64,000 nucleotides of DNA from Acidobacteriota bacterium (GTDB taxonomy: Bacteria > Acidobacteriota > UBA6911 > RPQK01 > JAJDTT01): NCBI GenBank assembly GCA_965209055.1, contig OZ242374.1, positions 5,664,001 through 5,728,000 of the forward strand, given 5' to 3'. Both the position numbers and the translations under genes were made by a program. This document shows, piece by piece, positions 18,371-28,463 of the stretch; position 1 is the stretch's first letter; each line of letters begins with the position of its first letter. The notes under the pieces were generated by a model. It was not told the origin of the DNA. It ran no database searches and saw only the letters and a list, made by a program, of their open reading frames with translations.

Positions 18371-20422
18371 GTGAGATACATTTCGCGTCGCGCCTTGTCG
18401 CTCCTTCGGGCAGGCGTTGGTGATTCCGGCGTCCGTTTCCGGACCGGTCAGGAAGAGGCTGTTCGCCATGTCGTAGAGGGAAAAGGCCGGCTGTTGGTGG
18501 TCCAGAAAACAGGCTGGGGCAAGAGCTTCGTCTACTTCATTGCGACAAAGCTCTTACGTGAGGCGGGTTTGGGTCCGACACTACTCGTCAGTCCCCTGCT
18601 GGCGTTGATGCGAAACCAGATTTTGGCAGCGGAAAGGATGGGAATCAAGGCCGAGACGATCAACTCCAACAATCGGGAACATTGGAGCGAAGTAGAGGAA
18701 GCGGTCCGTCGCGATGAGACGGACATCCTTATCATTTCTCCGGAACGATTGGCCAACGAGAGGTTCTTGCGGGAAGTGCTGGCGACGGTGGCGAACCGGG
18801 TCTCATTGCTCGTTATCGACGAAGCGCACTGCATATCGGACTGGGGTCATGATTTCCGTCCCCATTATCGTCTGATTGAAGGCATAGTCCGTACGCTACC
18901 GCCAAATCTCCGCCTATTGGCAACCACCGCGACGGCAAACGACCGTGTGATGGCCGACTTGGAAGACATTCTCGGACCGAATCTTGAGGTTTCACGGGGT
19001 GACCTTTCCCGCCCGTCACTCAGCCTTCAGACCATCCGCCTGCCGAGCCAATCCGAACGTCTCGCTTGGCTGGCCGATCAGTTGCGGTCGCTCTCCGGCA
19101 GCGGAATTGTCTATACGCTGACGGTTCGCGACGCCGAACTCGTGGCCTCCTGGCTCCGGTCAGGCGGTCTCAACGTGGCCGCATACACGAGCAGATCCGG
19201 TGCGGGCCGACCGGAACTGGAGCAAGCCTTGCTCGACAACGAACTCAAGGTGCTGGTTGCAACAACGGCTCTAGGGATGGGATTCGACAAACCGGATCTG
19301 GCATTTGTAATTCACTACCAAGCCCCTGGCTCGGTCGTGGCCTACTACCAGCAGGTCGGACGGGCGGGGCGGGCACTCAGAGCGGCATACGGGGTGCTCC
19401 TGAGCGGTCACGAGGATACGGAGATTGCAGATTATTTCATCAGAAGTGCTTTCCCGACCGAAAATGAGGTCGACGCGGTGGTCTCGGCACTGGAAGATGC
19501 TCCCGATGGGCTTTCGTTCCGCGAGATTCAGATGGCGGTTAACGTAAGTTACCGTCGAATAGAAAAAACCATTCAACTACTTTCCCTGGAGTCGCCGGCG
19601 CCGATCGCCAAGCTGGGAGCGAAGTGGCAGCTCACGGCTGCAACCTTGAGACAAGCATTCTGGGAGCGAGCGCGACGGCTCACTGACCTGCGGCATACTG
19701 AGCTAGCACAGATGCAAGAGTACATCCGACTGCCCTCCGGCCATATGGAGTTCCTGATCCGGGCCCTGGACGGCGAGCCCAAGAGTGTTTCTTCGCCAAA
19801 CCTCCCGCATCTATCCACGACTGTAGCACCGCAACGAGTTCGTGAGGCCGTTGCATTTTTGCGCCGCAATAGCCTGATCATTAGACCACGGCGGACTTGG
19901 CCACCGGGAAAGCGTATCGATGGCGATCATCAGGCAGAACCCGGCAGAGCGCTCAGTACCTGGGCAGATGACGGCTGGGGGGATCTCGTACGGCAAGGAA
20001 AATACGTAGACAACAGATTCTCCGACTCTCTCGTAGACGCTTGTGTTTCTCTGGTGCGACAGTGGTGGCCCGATCCGTTCCCGGAGTGGGTCACCGCCGT
20101 TCCGTCCCACCGCCATCCTGATCTTGTTCCTGACTTCGCCCGGCGTCTCGCAATAGCGCTCGGACTTCCATTCCGCGTAACGATGGTAAGAAAAGAGGGC
20201 CGTCCGGAACAGAAAACGATGGAAAACAGCGACAAGCAAGCGCGAAACATCCTTGGATCGGTGACAGTCGAGGAAACCGCCATTCTCAAGAGCCCCGTGC
20301 TGTTGGTGGACGATATCGTGGACTCCCGATGGACCTTCACAGTTCTCACCTGGGAACTTCGCCGCCGCGGATGTGACGCCGTGTGGCCGCTCGCGCTCGC
20401 CGATGCCGGAGGTACGCGATGA
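18371..20422 (+). CDS. RecQ-family DEAH helicase with C-terminal ComF-like phosphoribosyltransferase domain
   Basis: QKTGWGKS (Walker A), [39 protein letters not shown]; C-terminal [26 protein letters not shown] (PRPP-binding loop). Confidence 0.92.
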   Translation: MRYISRRALSLLRAGVGDSGVRFRTGQEEAVRHVVEGKGRLLVVQKTGWGKSFVYFIATKLLREAGLGPTLLVSPLLALMRNQILAAERMGIKAETINSNNREHWSEVEEAVRRDETDILIISPERLANERFLREVLATVANRVSLLVIDEAHCISDWGHDFRPHYRLIEGIVRTLPPNLRLLATTATANDRVMADLEDILGPNLEVSRGDLSRPSLSLQTIRLPSQSERLAWLADQLRSLSGSGIVYTLTVRDAELVASWLRSGGLNVAAYTSRSGAGRPELEQALLDNELKVLVATTALGMGFDKPDLAFVIHYQAPGSVVAYYQQVGRAGRALRAAYGVLLSGHEDTEIADYFIRSAFPTENEVDAVVSALEDAPDGLSFREIQMAVNVSYRRIEKTIQLLSLESPAPIAKLGAKWQLTAATLRQAFWERARRLTDLRHTELAQMQEYIRLPSGHMEFLIRALDGEPKSVSSPNLPHLSTTVAPQRVREAVAFLRRNSLIIRPRRTWPPGKRIDGDHQAEPGRALSTWADDGWGDLVRQGKYVDNRFSDSLVDACVSLVRQWWPDPFPEWVTAVPSHRHPDLVPDFARRLAIALGLPFRVTMVRKEGRPEQKTMENSDKQARNILGSVTVEETAILKSPVLLVDDIVDSRWTFTVLTWELRRRGCDAVWPLALADAGGTR

Positions 20423-21975
20423 ACGGGGATATGGATCTTTCCTTGAACACCAAGGCGATCCTGCTATTGACTGCACCCCTCATCGCAGGTGGGGTCAGGG
20501 GTGGAGTGAAACCCCTTACAGCGGGTGAGTACAACAAGCTCGCTGGTCGCCTCCATGCACTTGGAGTCCAACCGGCGGACCTGTTGAAGAGCCACTCGGA
20601 CTCTCTCTTGGACAACTGTAGCTCCGTGGCGGACACGTCTCGCCTCACGGCGCTAATAGGCCGGGGATTCGCGCTGGCCCAAGCCGTCCGACGATGGCAG
20701 GCAAGAGCGATCTGGGTGGTTAGCCGTGCCGACGGCGAATACCCGCGGATGCTCAAAGAGCGATTGCGTAAAGACGCGCCGGCTGTGCTTTACGGATGTG
20801 GAAACAGAGAGATCATCGGAACCCGCAGTGCCTTGGCCATCGTTGGATCGCGCAATGTCGACGAGCCGACTCTTCACTACGTCGAAGGCGTCTCCGCCCT
20901 TGCGGCCAGAGCAGGCTGCACCATCGTGTCGGGAGCGGCGCGAGGTGTGGATCAGGCCGCAATGAATGGCGTCTTGAAGGCTGGCGGATCAGCCGTGGGG
21001 GTGTTGGCGGGGAATCTTGAGAGAACGTCCATGAACCGAATGCATCGAAATCTGGTCTTGGAGGAACGGCTGGTGCTGGTCTCTCCGTACGATCCGGGAG
21101 CAAGGTTCAATGTGGGCCACGCGATGCAGAGAAACAAGGTGATCTACGCCTTGGCCAATGCCGCCTTGGTGGCCCATGCAGTCGTCAACAAGGGAGGAAC
21201 CTGGGCGGGGGCCGTAGAGCAGCTGAGGAAATACTCCACGCCAGTTCACGTGCTCTCACGTGGGGATGCACATGACGCGCTGAAAGAGTTGCAGCGCCGA
21301 GGGGCGAAATCTTGGCCGAATCCGACGGATCCGGACGGATTCAAAAAGGTTCTCGCCAGTACGGATACGATGGTCCGCCCTTACCAACTCAAGCTTTCTT
21401 CTACCCGGCTGGCGACAGATCCTCACTTGGTTTCCGAACCGGCACCGTCAACCAGCGACGAACCCCGCCAATCCGGAAGCGCTTCCAAGGAACTCCTTCA
21501 GTCCATACGTTCTCTGATGCGACGTTTCCTTGCACATCCCAAGACGCCCGAGGAGGTTTCCAACGTCTTGAACGTCACCAAACCTCAAGCCGAGAATTGG
21601 CTGCAAAATCTGGTTGCAGATGGTGAATTGGAGAAAAGCACCCGACCCGTGAAGTACGTTCATTCGACACACGGCCTAGTTCAGGAAGGACGATCCGGGG
21701 AGAGCATGGAACACATACAAAACAGCGGGACCGAATCCTATCGACCATCCGATGTGATTGAAGACTACGCGCAAGAATTGCACGATGTCGTGCGGCGTCT
21801 GATTCCTCGTGTCGTAGTCACACCCAAGACAGCACGCCAGGTATCTGTGGAACTCGGTGTCAGGGAATATCAGGCCCGGCAATGGCTGAATCGATTGGCT
21901 GGGGAGGAGGTCCTGGATAAACACACGAATCCCGTGACGTATATTCGTTCGACGGAACGCCTGTTTGAGGAGTGA
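20419..21975 (+). CDS. DprA/Smf-family protein with two C-terminal winged-HTH-like repeats
   Basis: [50 protein letters not shown]; ATGA overlap with the helicase stop. Confidence 0.9.
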   Translation: MNGDMDLSLNTKAILLLTAPLIAGGVRGGVKPLTAGEYNKLAGRLHALGVQPADLLKSHSDSLLDNCSSVADTSRLTALIGRGFALAQAVRRWQARAIWVVSRADGEYPRMLKERLRKDAPAVLYGCGNREIIGTRSALAIVGSRNVDEPTLHYVEGVSALAARAGCTIVSGAARGVDQAAMNGVLKAGGSAVGVLAGNLERTSMNRMHRNLVLEERLVLVSPYDPGARFNVGHAMQRNKVIYALANAALVAHAVVNKGGTWAGAVEQLRKYSTPVHVLSRGDAHDALKELQRRGAKSWPNPTDPDGFKKVLASTDTMVRPYQLKLSSTRLATDPHLVSEPAPSTSDEPRQSGSASKELLQSIRSLMRRFLAHPKTPEEVSNVLNVTKPQAENWLQNLVADGELEKSTRPVKYVHSTHGLVQEGRSGESMEHIQNSGTESYRPSDVIEDYAQELHDVVRRLIPRVVVTPKTARQVSVELGVREYQARQWLNRLAGEEVLDKHTNPVTYIRSTERLFEE

Positions 21976-22158
21976 CTCCCGACCAAGGCCGGCGCCGTCA
22001 GGAATTTCGGTTCGATAGAGAGTCTCCAAGAACGAGTCTGAAGATCGCCTCAAGTCTCGCTGGAATGCCTCAGGTGAGATGCGCGAAGCAACCCGGTTCT
22101 GAGAAATAAGAAACGAATTCCAATCGCTCGGTCTTCGTCGCCAAGTTTGTCAGTCAGG

Positions 22159-22213
22159 AGTTCGGCGATTGGAAATCGCCGCTCCAGTTCGGCGGTTAGG
22201 AAACCGCCGCTCC
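22159..22213. repeat. REP-like tandem palindromes
   Basis: AGTTCGGCGATTGGAAATCGCCGCTCC followed by AGTTCGGCGGTTAGGAAACCGCCGCTCC; the same family recurs at 31276-31324 in reverse orientation. Confidence 0.75.
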
Positions 22214-22262
22214 ATTCCTTTTTCTACCGGGCATCCGCCGGACCGGGCCGGTGGGGGAGTTC

Positions 22263-23858
22263 CTAATGAAACTGCAGCGAGAAGAGGTCGCCGTCGCGGA
22301 TTTCGATCTTCATACGCACGGTCTGACCGGCCAGAGCAGACAGGTCGGCGCCGCCCTTCCACTTGACGGTCCGCTGCAGCTCGTCGCCGAAGATCAGCTT
22401 GCAATCATCCAGGCCGTAGCCCTCCAGGGGATCTCCCCGCTGGTCCTGGAACTCGACGCGGAGGCTTCCCGCGGCCGAGGTGGAGTAGTTCAGCGTGAGC
22501 CGGGAGCCTGAGAAGCGGAAGGGCCGGGTCCGGACCGATCCGCCCTCGAAGTTGCCCTGCAGCGAGACGAACCCGTCTTCCCGCAGCACGCCGCGCCGGA
22601 TCTTGACCGTCTGGGTTCCGTAATTCTCCACGAAGTAAAGGGACATCTCCCCGTCGCCGGTGGGAACCAGCGTGGGTCCCACTTCGATGGCCCTGCCGTG
22701 CCAGTTCCGGATGTCCCGCCCGGGACGGATGAAGGCCTCGCGAAAATGGGTGAACGTGATGCCGTCCCGGCTGAACATGAAGACGATGTCCGAGAGTCCG
22801 GCGCAACCGTAGATCCAGGTGATGCCCGGCACCTCCATGCTCGAACAATCGGGCGCGTTTGCCCAGGGCTCCATGTAGACATGGGGCCAATCCGGGTCGA
22901 AAACCCGCTCGGGCATGAACCGCTTGGGAAACATGACCATCAGGTCGGGTCTTCGATAGTACGGAGTGGCGGCGTTCTTGTAGAGATGCTCCTCGGGGGT
23001 GCTCCGGTACTGGAGATATTCGGGTTCCGACCAGTTCAGGAAGTCCTTGGAGACGAAGCGCCGGATGTCACGGATCCTGGGCACCGTGAACTCGGTTCCC
23101 GAGGGCAATTGGGCCGTGACGTGGTAGAGCTCCTTGCGGACGGTCTTGGAGCCGTAGGGCACGCTTCCCCGCCGATACCAGCCCCGGGCGTAGATGGCGT
23201 AGTGCCCGCGTCCCGGGTCCCAGAGGCCGATGTTGTGCGAGTCCAGCGCCCCGTCCTCCCAAGGCGGCTGCAGCAGCTTCTGCTCCCGGATCATGCGCCA
23301 TCGAAGCCCGTCGGGAGAGACCAGGCCGTAAATGACGGGCCGGTCGTGTCCGGCGCCCGGCTCCTTTCCGGTGCAGATGGACTTGTAGCGCTCGTCCGGC
23401 GGAGTCTCCGGGTTGGGGTCCTTGAAGATGGCGAGAGTGGAGCAGATGCCTCCCGGAATCGGCCAGACCAGGTTGTTTTTCCTGGAGCCCTTGAATTCGA
23501 TGAGGTTCAGTTCCGGCTTGACCCAGTGAATGCCGTCGGCGCTCTCGGCATAAGCCCAGAGGTGGGGCCGCGAGGGGCCGCCCCCCCGGTACCACATCCG
23601 GTAGCGGGAGCCGTCCTTCATGACGCTAGGGTCGTAAAGATAGAGTCCCTCCCAGGGACGATCCAGTTGGATGGCCACCTCCGCCGCTCGGGGACGGTGC
23701 AACTGCCGGTAAACGCCGTCCAGTGAATCCACCAGCCAGTCGTCGACGAAAAGCTGGAGGTCGGTGCCCACGTCACGCACTTCGACGTGTCCGGCACCAC
23801 GCACCGAAATGGCCAGAAAAAGAGTGATAATCGCTCGGAGGGTGACCTGCATGGCCAA
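22263..23858 (-). CDS. Secreted uncharacterised glycoside-hydrolase-like (beta-propeller) protein, family X
   Basis: Signal peptide, LQLFVDD, RPWEG, YAESADGIHWVKPEL, LREDGFVSL, TSAAGSLRVE, C-terminal DLFSLQF. Confidence 0.75.
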   Translation of the reverse strand: MAMQVTLRAIITLFLAISVRGAGHVEVRDVGTDLQLFVDDWLVDSLDGVYRQLHRPRAAEVAIQLDRPWEGLYLYDPSVMKDGSRYRMWYRGGGPSRPHLWAYAESADGIHWVKPELNLIEFKGSRKNNLVWPIPGGICSTLAIFKDPNPETPPDERYKSICTGKEPGAGHDRPVIYGLVSPDGLRWRMIREQKLLQPPWEDGALDSHNIGLWDPGRGHYAIYARGWYRRGSVPYGSKTVRKELYHVTAQLPSGTEFTVPRIRDIRRFVSKDFLNWSEPEYLQYRSTPEEHLYKNAATPYYRRPDLMVMFPKRFMPERVFDPDWPHVYMEPWANAPDCSSMEVPGITWIYGCAGLSDIVFMFSRDGITFTHFREAFIRPGRDIRNWHGRAIEVGPTLVPTGDGEMSLYFVENYGTQTVKIRRGVLREDGFVSLQGNFEGGSVRTRPFRFSGSRLTLNYSTSAAGSLRVEFQDQRGDPLEGYGLDDCKLIFGDELQRTVKWKGGADLSALAGQTVRMKIEIRDGDLFSLQFH

Positions 23859-23941
23859 TATTCTCCATACTAACGGCGACTGCGTCCAGAGAGCGTCCGG
23901 CAGCAGGTTGGCGGACTTGAAAGGAAGGATCGATCAGAGCA

Positions 23942-25828
23942 ATGAAGACCTTGTGCACGAAACTTACGGCCGTCCTGATCTTGGCGGGTTGCCCGCTCCT
24001 GGCGGGGGTGGAGATCGCCGTCGACACTTCCATGCCGCCCCCCGGCTGGGCGGTGATGCAACGGGAGCTGCTGCGCACCCAGGCGGCGGCTTGCAGAAAG
24101 TTCTACGAGAATTACTTCGATCATCGAGGATTCCTCATCTGCACCGTGCGATGGGGCGCCCTCGACGGTCCCGACGACGCCATCGAGAACCTCCGGGACT
24201 GGCCCATCCTTCATTCCCTGGGCGCCTCGGACGACGTCCTTCAAATGTACAAAAAGGCCTGGGAAGGGCACCTGCGGCAATACACCCTGGCCAAGACCAC
24301 CGACGTGGAGTTCGCCCGCGACGGCATGTACTTCAAGGAATTCCACACCAAGATGGACTGGATCCACATCGGTGAAGGCCTGGTGGTCCTGGAGCAGCAG
24401 GCGCTCTCCGACCCGGAAGACGTCCTCTTCCAGCGCCGCATGCGCCGTTTCGCCGGTCTCTACATGAATGAGGACCCTGGGGCCCCGAACTACGACCCCG
24501 AGCACAAGGTCATCCGAAGCCTCTTCAACGGGAGCCGGGGACCGCTGCTGCGGGACGCGAGGCCCGTGGACTGGGCCGGAGACCCCATCGAGATCGAGAA
24601 CCGCTTCAAGCCGCTCCACAGCGAAAAGAACTACCGGCTCATGCTGGAGCATTTCGAGGACTACACCGACATCGTCGGCGACCACCCGTTGAACCTGTTG
24701 TCCACCAGCCTGGCGACCCAAGCCTACATGCTGAACCACGAAGAGAAATACAAGAACTGGGTCCTGGAGTACGTGGACGCCTGGATGGAGAGGATGGAGG
24801 CCAACGGCGGGATCATGCCCTCCAAGGTGGGACTGGACGGAAAGGTCGGCGGCAAGAGCGGCAAGTGGTACGCCGGAGCCTATGGTTGGGGGTTCACGGT
24901 CCGGGTGCCCGACACCACCACCTACGTGAACCGCAATCAGCACGAGTACGGTCTCGTGGGTTTGACCAATGCCTTTCTGCTGACCGGCGACCGCAAGTAC
25001 CTGGACGCCTGGCGGCGGCAGATGGACGTGGTCAACGCCAACTCCAAGGTGGAGGAGGGCCAGACGGTCTACCCCCAGATGTACGGCGATCAGGGCTGGT
25101 ACGCCTACCGGCCTCAAAAGTACTCCGAGGGCGCTCTGGACTTGTTCTACTTCCTGATGGAGAAGAAGGAGCGCGCGCTCCTGCCGAAGCGCGGCTGGCT
25201 GGATTTCCTGGAGGGGAACGATCCGGACTACCCCGAGCGGGCGATGCAGAACGATTTCGCCACCATCCGGGACAAGATCGAGGCCATGGGCCGGGACGAA
25301 ACCACTCCCGACACCCGTTTGGCCGATGATCCCATGAGGTACAGCCCGGCCCGGGTCGGCTCCCTGGTCCACATCATGCTGGGCGGCCTGAATCACCTGG
25401 CCCACGAAACCCGTTTCCGCCTCACCCTGGTGAAGGACGCCCAGGACTACATCAATCGCGGCAAGGAACACCGGAAACGGATCGGCCACCTGGGAAGCCT
25501 GCTTCACGCCCGGCTGCGTTACTTCGACCCGGACCGGAGACGGCCCGGCATTCCCCGGGACGTAGCAGCCCTGGTGACGGAGATGACCCCGGACAAGACC
25601 ACGGTCACATTGGTCAACGTGAATCAGCTCGAGCCGCGAACCGTCATCCTCCAGGGTGGCTCCTATGGAGAGCACCAGTGCCTGTCCGCGACGGTGGAGG
25701 GAGAGGAGACGCCTATCGGCGCGCCGTTCTTTCAAGTTCGGCTGGGCGCCGGCGCCGGTGCGACTCTGGCCATCGCCATGAAGCGGTTCGCGAATCAGCC
25801 GACCCTGATGCCGCCCTGGCGCCGTTGA
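23942..25828 (+). CDS. Conserved secreted hypothetical protein (628 aa)
   Basis: Long ORF with strong host-like codon bias and a signal peptide; W/D/Y-rich, possibly an alpha/alpha-barrel. Confidence 0.8.
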   Translation: MKTLCTKLTAVLILAGCPLLAGVEIAVDTSMPPPGWAVMQRELLRTQAAACRKFYENYFDHRGFLICTVRWGALDGPDDAIENLRDWPILHSLGASDDVLQMYKKAWEGHLRQYTLAKTTDVEFARDGMYFKEFHTKMDWIHIGEGLVVLEQQALSDPEDVLFQRRMRRFAGLYMNEDPGAPNYDPEHKVIRSLFNGSRGPLLRDARPVDWAGDPIEIENRFKPLHSEKNYRLMLEHFEDYTDIVGDHPLNLLSTSLATQAYMLNHEEKYKNWVLEYVDAWMERMEANGGIMPSKVGLDGKVGGKSGKWYAGAYGWGFTVRVPDTTTYVNRNQHEYGLVGLTNAFLLTGDRKYLDAWRRQMDVVNANSKVEEGQTVYPQMYGDQGWYAYRPQKYSEGALDLFYFLMEKKERALLPKRGWLDFLEGNDPDYPERAMQNDFATIRDKIEAMGRDETTPDTRLADDPMRYSPARVGSLVHIMLGGLNHLAHETRFRLTLVKDAQDYINRGKEHRKRIGHLGSLLHARLRYFDPDRRRPGIPRDVAALVTEMTPDKTTVTLVNVNQLEPRTVILQGGSYGEHQCLSATVEGEETPIGAPFFQVRLGAGAGATLAIAMKRFANQPTLMPPWRR

Positions 25829-25866
25829 ACCGGGATCCGGCGTCCAACCGGGGATTCCGGTCTTCG

Positions 25867-26931
25867 TCAACCGACCCGGCGCGCGGCGGTTCTGCGCGTA
25901 GCGGTTCCGCCGTGGACCGCCCGCTGCCGCTTCGCCAGCCTTCCGGCCCAGAGGACAGCCTGTATCAGGCTCTGGGGACTGGCTCGTCCGGTCCACGCAA
26001 TGTCGAAGGCGGTCCCGTGCGCCACCGAGGTGCGCACCAGGGGAAGGCCCAGGGTCATGTGAATGCCCCGGTCGAAAGAGATCATCTTGAAGGGAACGTG
26101 GCCCTGATCGTGATACATGGTCACCACGGCCTGGTAGCGGGAACGGACCGAGGGGACGAAGAGCGTGTCGGCCGGCAAGGGGCCGTCCACCTCCATTCCC
26201 TCTCGCCGGGCCGCCTCCACCGCGGGCCGGATGACATGCTCTTCCTCGCCGGAACCGAAGAGCCCGCCCTCCCCCGCGTGGGGATTGAGTCCTGACACCG
26301 CCAGCCGAGGCGTCTCGCCGCGCAGGTTCACCACCGCATCCCGTGTCAGCCGAATGGCCTCCAGCACACGTGCCTTGGTGAGTTCCCTGGAGACCCTTTC
26401 GACCCCGACGTGCCCCGTGACCATGCTGACCCGCAGCTCGTCCGAAGCCAGCATCATGTAGACCGCTGGAGTACCGGTGGCGGCGGCCAGGTAGTCAGTA
26501 TGCCCCGAAAACGGGATTCCGCCGGCCTGCAGGGCCTGCTTGTTGATGGGACCGGTGGCCAGGGCAGCAAATTCTCCGTTCATGGTCCTGGTGGCGGCCG
26601 CTTCCAGAAAACGGAAACCGGCGCGGCCGCAAGACGCCTGGACCCGGCCGGGCCGGACTCGATAGGCCTCCAACCCACCTGGATCGACCACGGCGGGTGA
26701 GGATTCGGAAAGATCCGAGTGTCCCTGCTTCCCGGTCACGACCCGGTCCGGGCCGGGAAGCCGACAAGCGCGGGCAACGCGGTCCAGCACCTCCGCATTC
26801 CCGAACACGACCGGGACGCAACGCCTCAGCACCCTGGAGTCTGCCAGCAGACGCAGACAGATCTCAGGCCCGATCCCGGCCGGATCGCCCATGGTGACCG
26901 CCACGCGGGGCCGCCGCTTGGAAGCTGCCAT
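25867..26931 (-). CDS. pdxA: 4-hydroxythreonine-4-phosphate dehydrogenase PdxA family
   Basis: TMGDPAGIGPE, TGPINK, GHTDYL, GLNPHAGEGG, GPLPADT, MYHDQG, RTSVAHGTAFDIA. Confidence 0.92.
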   Translation of the reverse strand: MAASKRRPRVAVTMGDPAGIGPEICLRLLADSRVLRRCVPVVFGNAEVLDRVARACRLPGPDRVVTGKQGHSDLSESSPAVVDPGGLEAYRVRPGRVQASCGRAGFRFLEAAATRTMNGEFAALATGPINKQALQAGGIPFSGHTDYLAAATGTPAVYMMLASDELRVSMVTGHVGVERVSRELTKARVLEAIRLTRDAVVNLRGETPRLAVSGLNPHAGEGGLFGSGEEEHVIRPAVEAARREGMEVDGPLPADTLFVPSVRSRYQAVVTMYHDQGHVPFKMISFDRGIHMTLGLPLVRTSVAHGTAFDIAWTGRASPQSLIQAVLWAGRLAKRQRAVHGGTATRRTAARRVG

Positions 26932-27112
26932 CTGCCTGCTCACGCCGTTCGCCCCCTCCCGCACCCATGTCGTTGACGCTCAACGGTTTCGGACCCTTGG
27001 CGGTCCATCCGGGTGAAACCGCAATCTGAGGATGATAGCAGCCCGTGGAAAAAGTCGTCACGGCATTCGACCGTTCCTGCAAGGGCGCGGACTGCTGGCA
27101 GAACGCCGGGAG

Positions 27113-28400
27113 TCACTGGCTCAGTTCCCGCGTGCGTCGGCGGTTCGCCGCGCGGTCGCCGGAAAGGCCCAGAGCCTCCTCCGCACTCCGGCTCCAGAGG
27201 GTCTCGATCTCGGGATTGAGATCGTACATCCACCTCACCAGGTCTTCGGTGGAGGCGCGCCCTCTGGCCCGGGCGCGCCGGGAGACCTTCAGATGCGGGG
27301 ACAAGGCCTGGGCCAGATCGGCGCTGAAGTAGACCGCGCCCCGATGAGAGAGATGATGTCCGTCCACGAACAGGCCCCGGTCGCTGTAGTCGCGCCTGGC
27401 GCGGAGGATATCCACCTTCTCCCGGGCCGCCAGTTCCTCCAACCGGGCCTGGTTCCGGGACATGACCGGATCGTGGACCCGGCGGAAGGTGTCGTGGACC
27501 GGCATGATGAGAAGCAGCGGCGTGATCCCCTGGTTGCGGCACGCCTCGAACAACCCCACCAGGTTCTCCTCGTCCAGAGGAGTCTCGCCGTCGAAGCGGG
27601 CGCGTTTCGTGAACTCACCGGACATGTGTCCGCCGTAGGGTTGCGGGCCCCAGCCGCAGGCGGTCTTGAATCCCGAGCGCCGCTCCAGATCCTTGAAGTG
27701 AACCGGAGTGGCCCTGGGGTCCCGCGCATCCCGGTAGCAGTCGTCCAGAAACCAACAGCTCAGATCGGGAAGCAGCTCCTGCTCGATCAGGTCCCGCCGG
27801 TAGCGAAACAGGGCGAACCGGTAGGAGAGGAAGCGGGTGACGAAACCCTCGACGGCATCGCCGCCCGAAGCCGGCGCGTGTTCCAATCGATAGGCCAGAG
27901 ACTCCCGGTAATGGTCGATCAGCTTCCAGAGCTTGCGCTTCTCGAGAGGCCAGTCGGGACTCACCCCGAAGACCAGGAAGTCGGGACGGACCTCGATGTC
28001 CAGGAGATGGGGAAGAAACGCCTCCCGGGCGAAACGGGCTACCTGGGAGCCGGTGCCGAAGTTGAACAGCGCCTGGTGGGGGACTCCCAGGGTGCGGGCC
28101 ACGACTTCGGGGACGATGCCGTTCTTGGTGCGCGAGTCACCGGTGAAGATGACCTTGGGAGGGTTGGGATAGGCCCGGAGCAGTGCGTTCCGGCGGGTCA
28201 CCCGGGGGTCGTGGTAGGGCAGAAGCTCCATGTCGAACTGGGGCAGAACCAGCAGCCTCCGATTCATCTCCAACAGAATGAAGTCGGCCGCGATCAGGGT
28301 CAGCACCAGACCCAGCAGTATCTTGAGGAGGCGCTTGGCAAGGCCGGGCAGATCCCTGTTCCGCCCTCGGACCGCCGCCGCCAACGGATCTACAACCATA
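27113..28400 (-). CDS. Membrane-anchored SGNH-like protein (AlgJ/DltD-like partner of the MBOAT)
   Basis: N-terminal TM segment, IFTGDSR block I, DGHH (DxxH); directly downstream of the MBOAT gene; start uncertain. Confidence 0.7.
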
Positions 28401-28463
28401 TGGCTCCTTCGTCCCAATCCAATTATATCCTGCCCCTCAAGCCCTTCCGCCGGGACCGGGAGG

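Noticed and set aside
17651-18469. 272-aa ORF as an intact gene
   Set aside because: Its N-terminal ~75 aa is read-through from unrelated island DNA overlapping the recQ start; only the 3' part is homologous to a real gene
18371-21975. Housekeeping recQ and dprA gene symbols
   Set aside because: Domain architecture and island context differ from the canonical genes, so symbols were withheld
22159-22213. Possible mini-CRISPR
   Set aside because: Adjacent palindromes with no spacers and no cas genes
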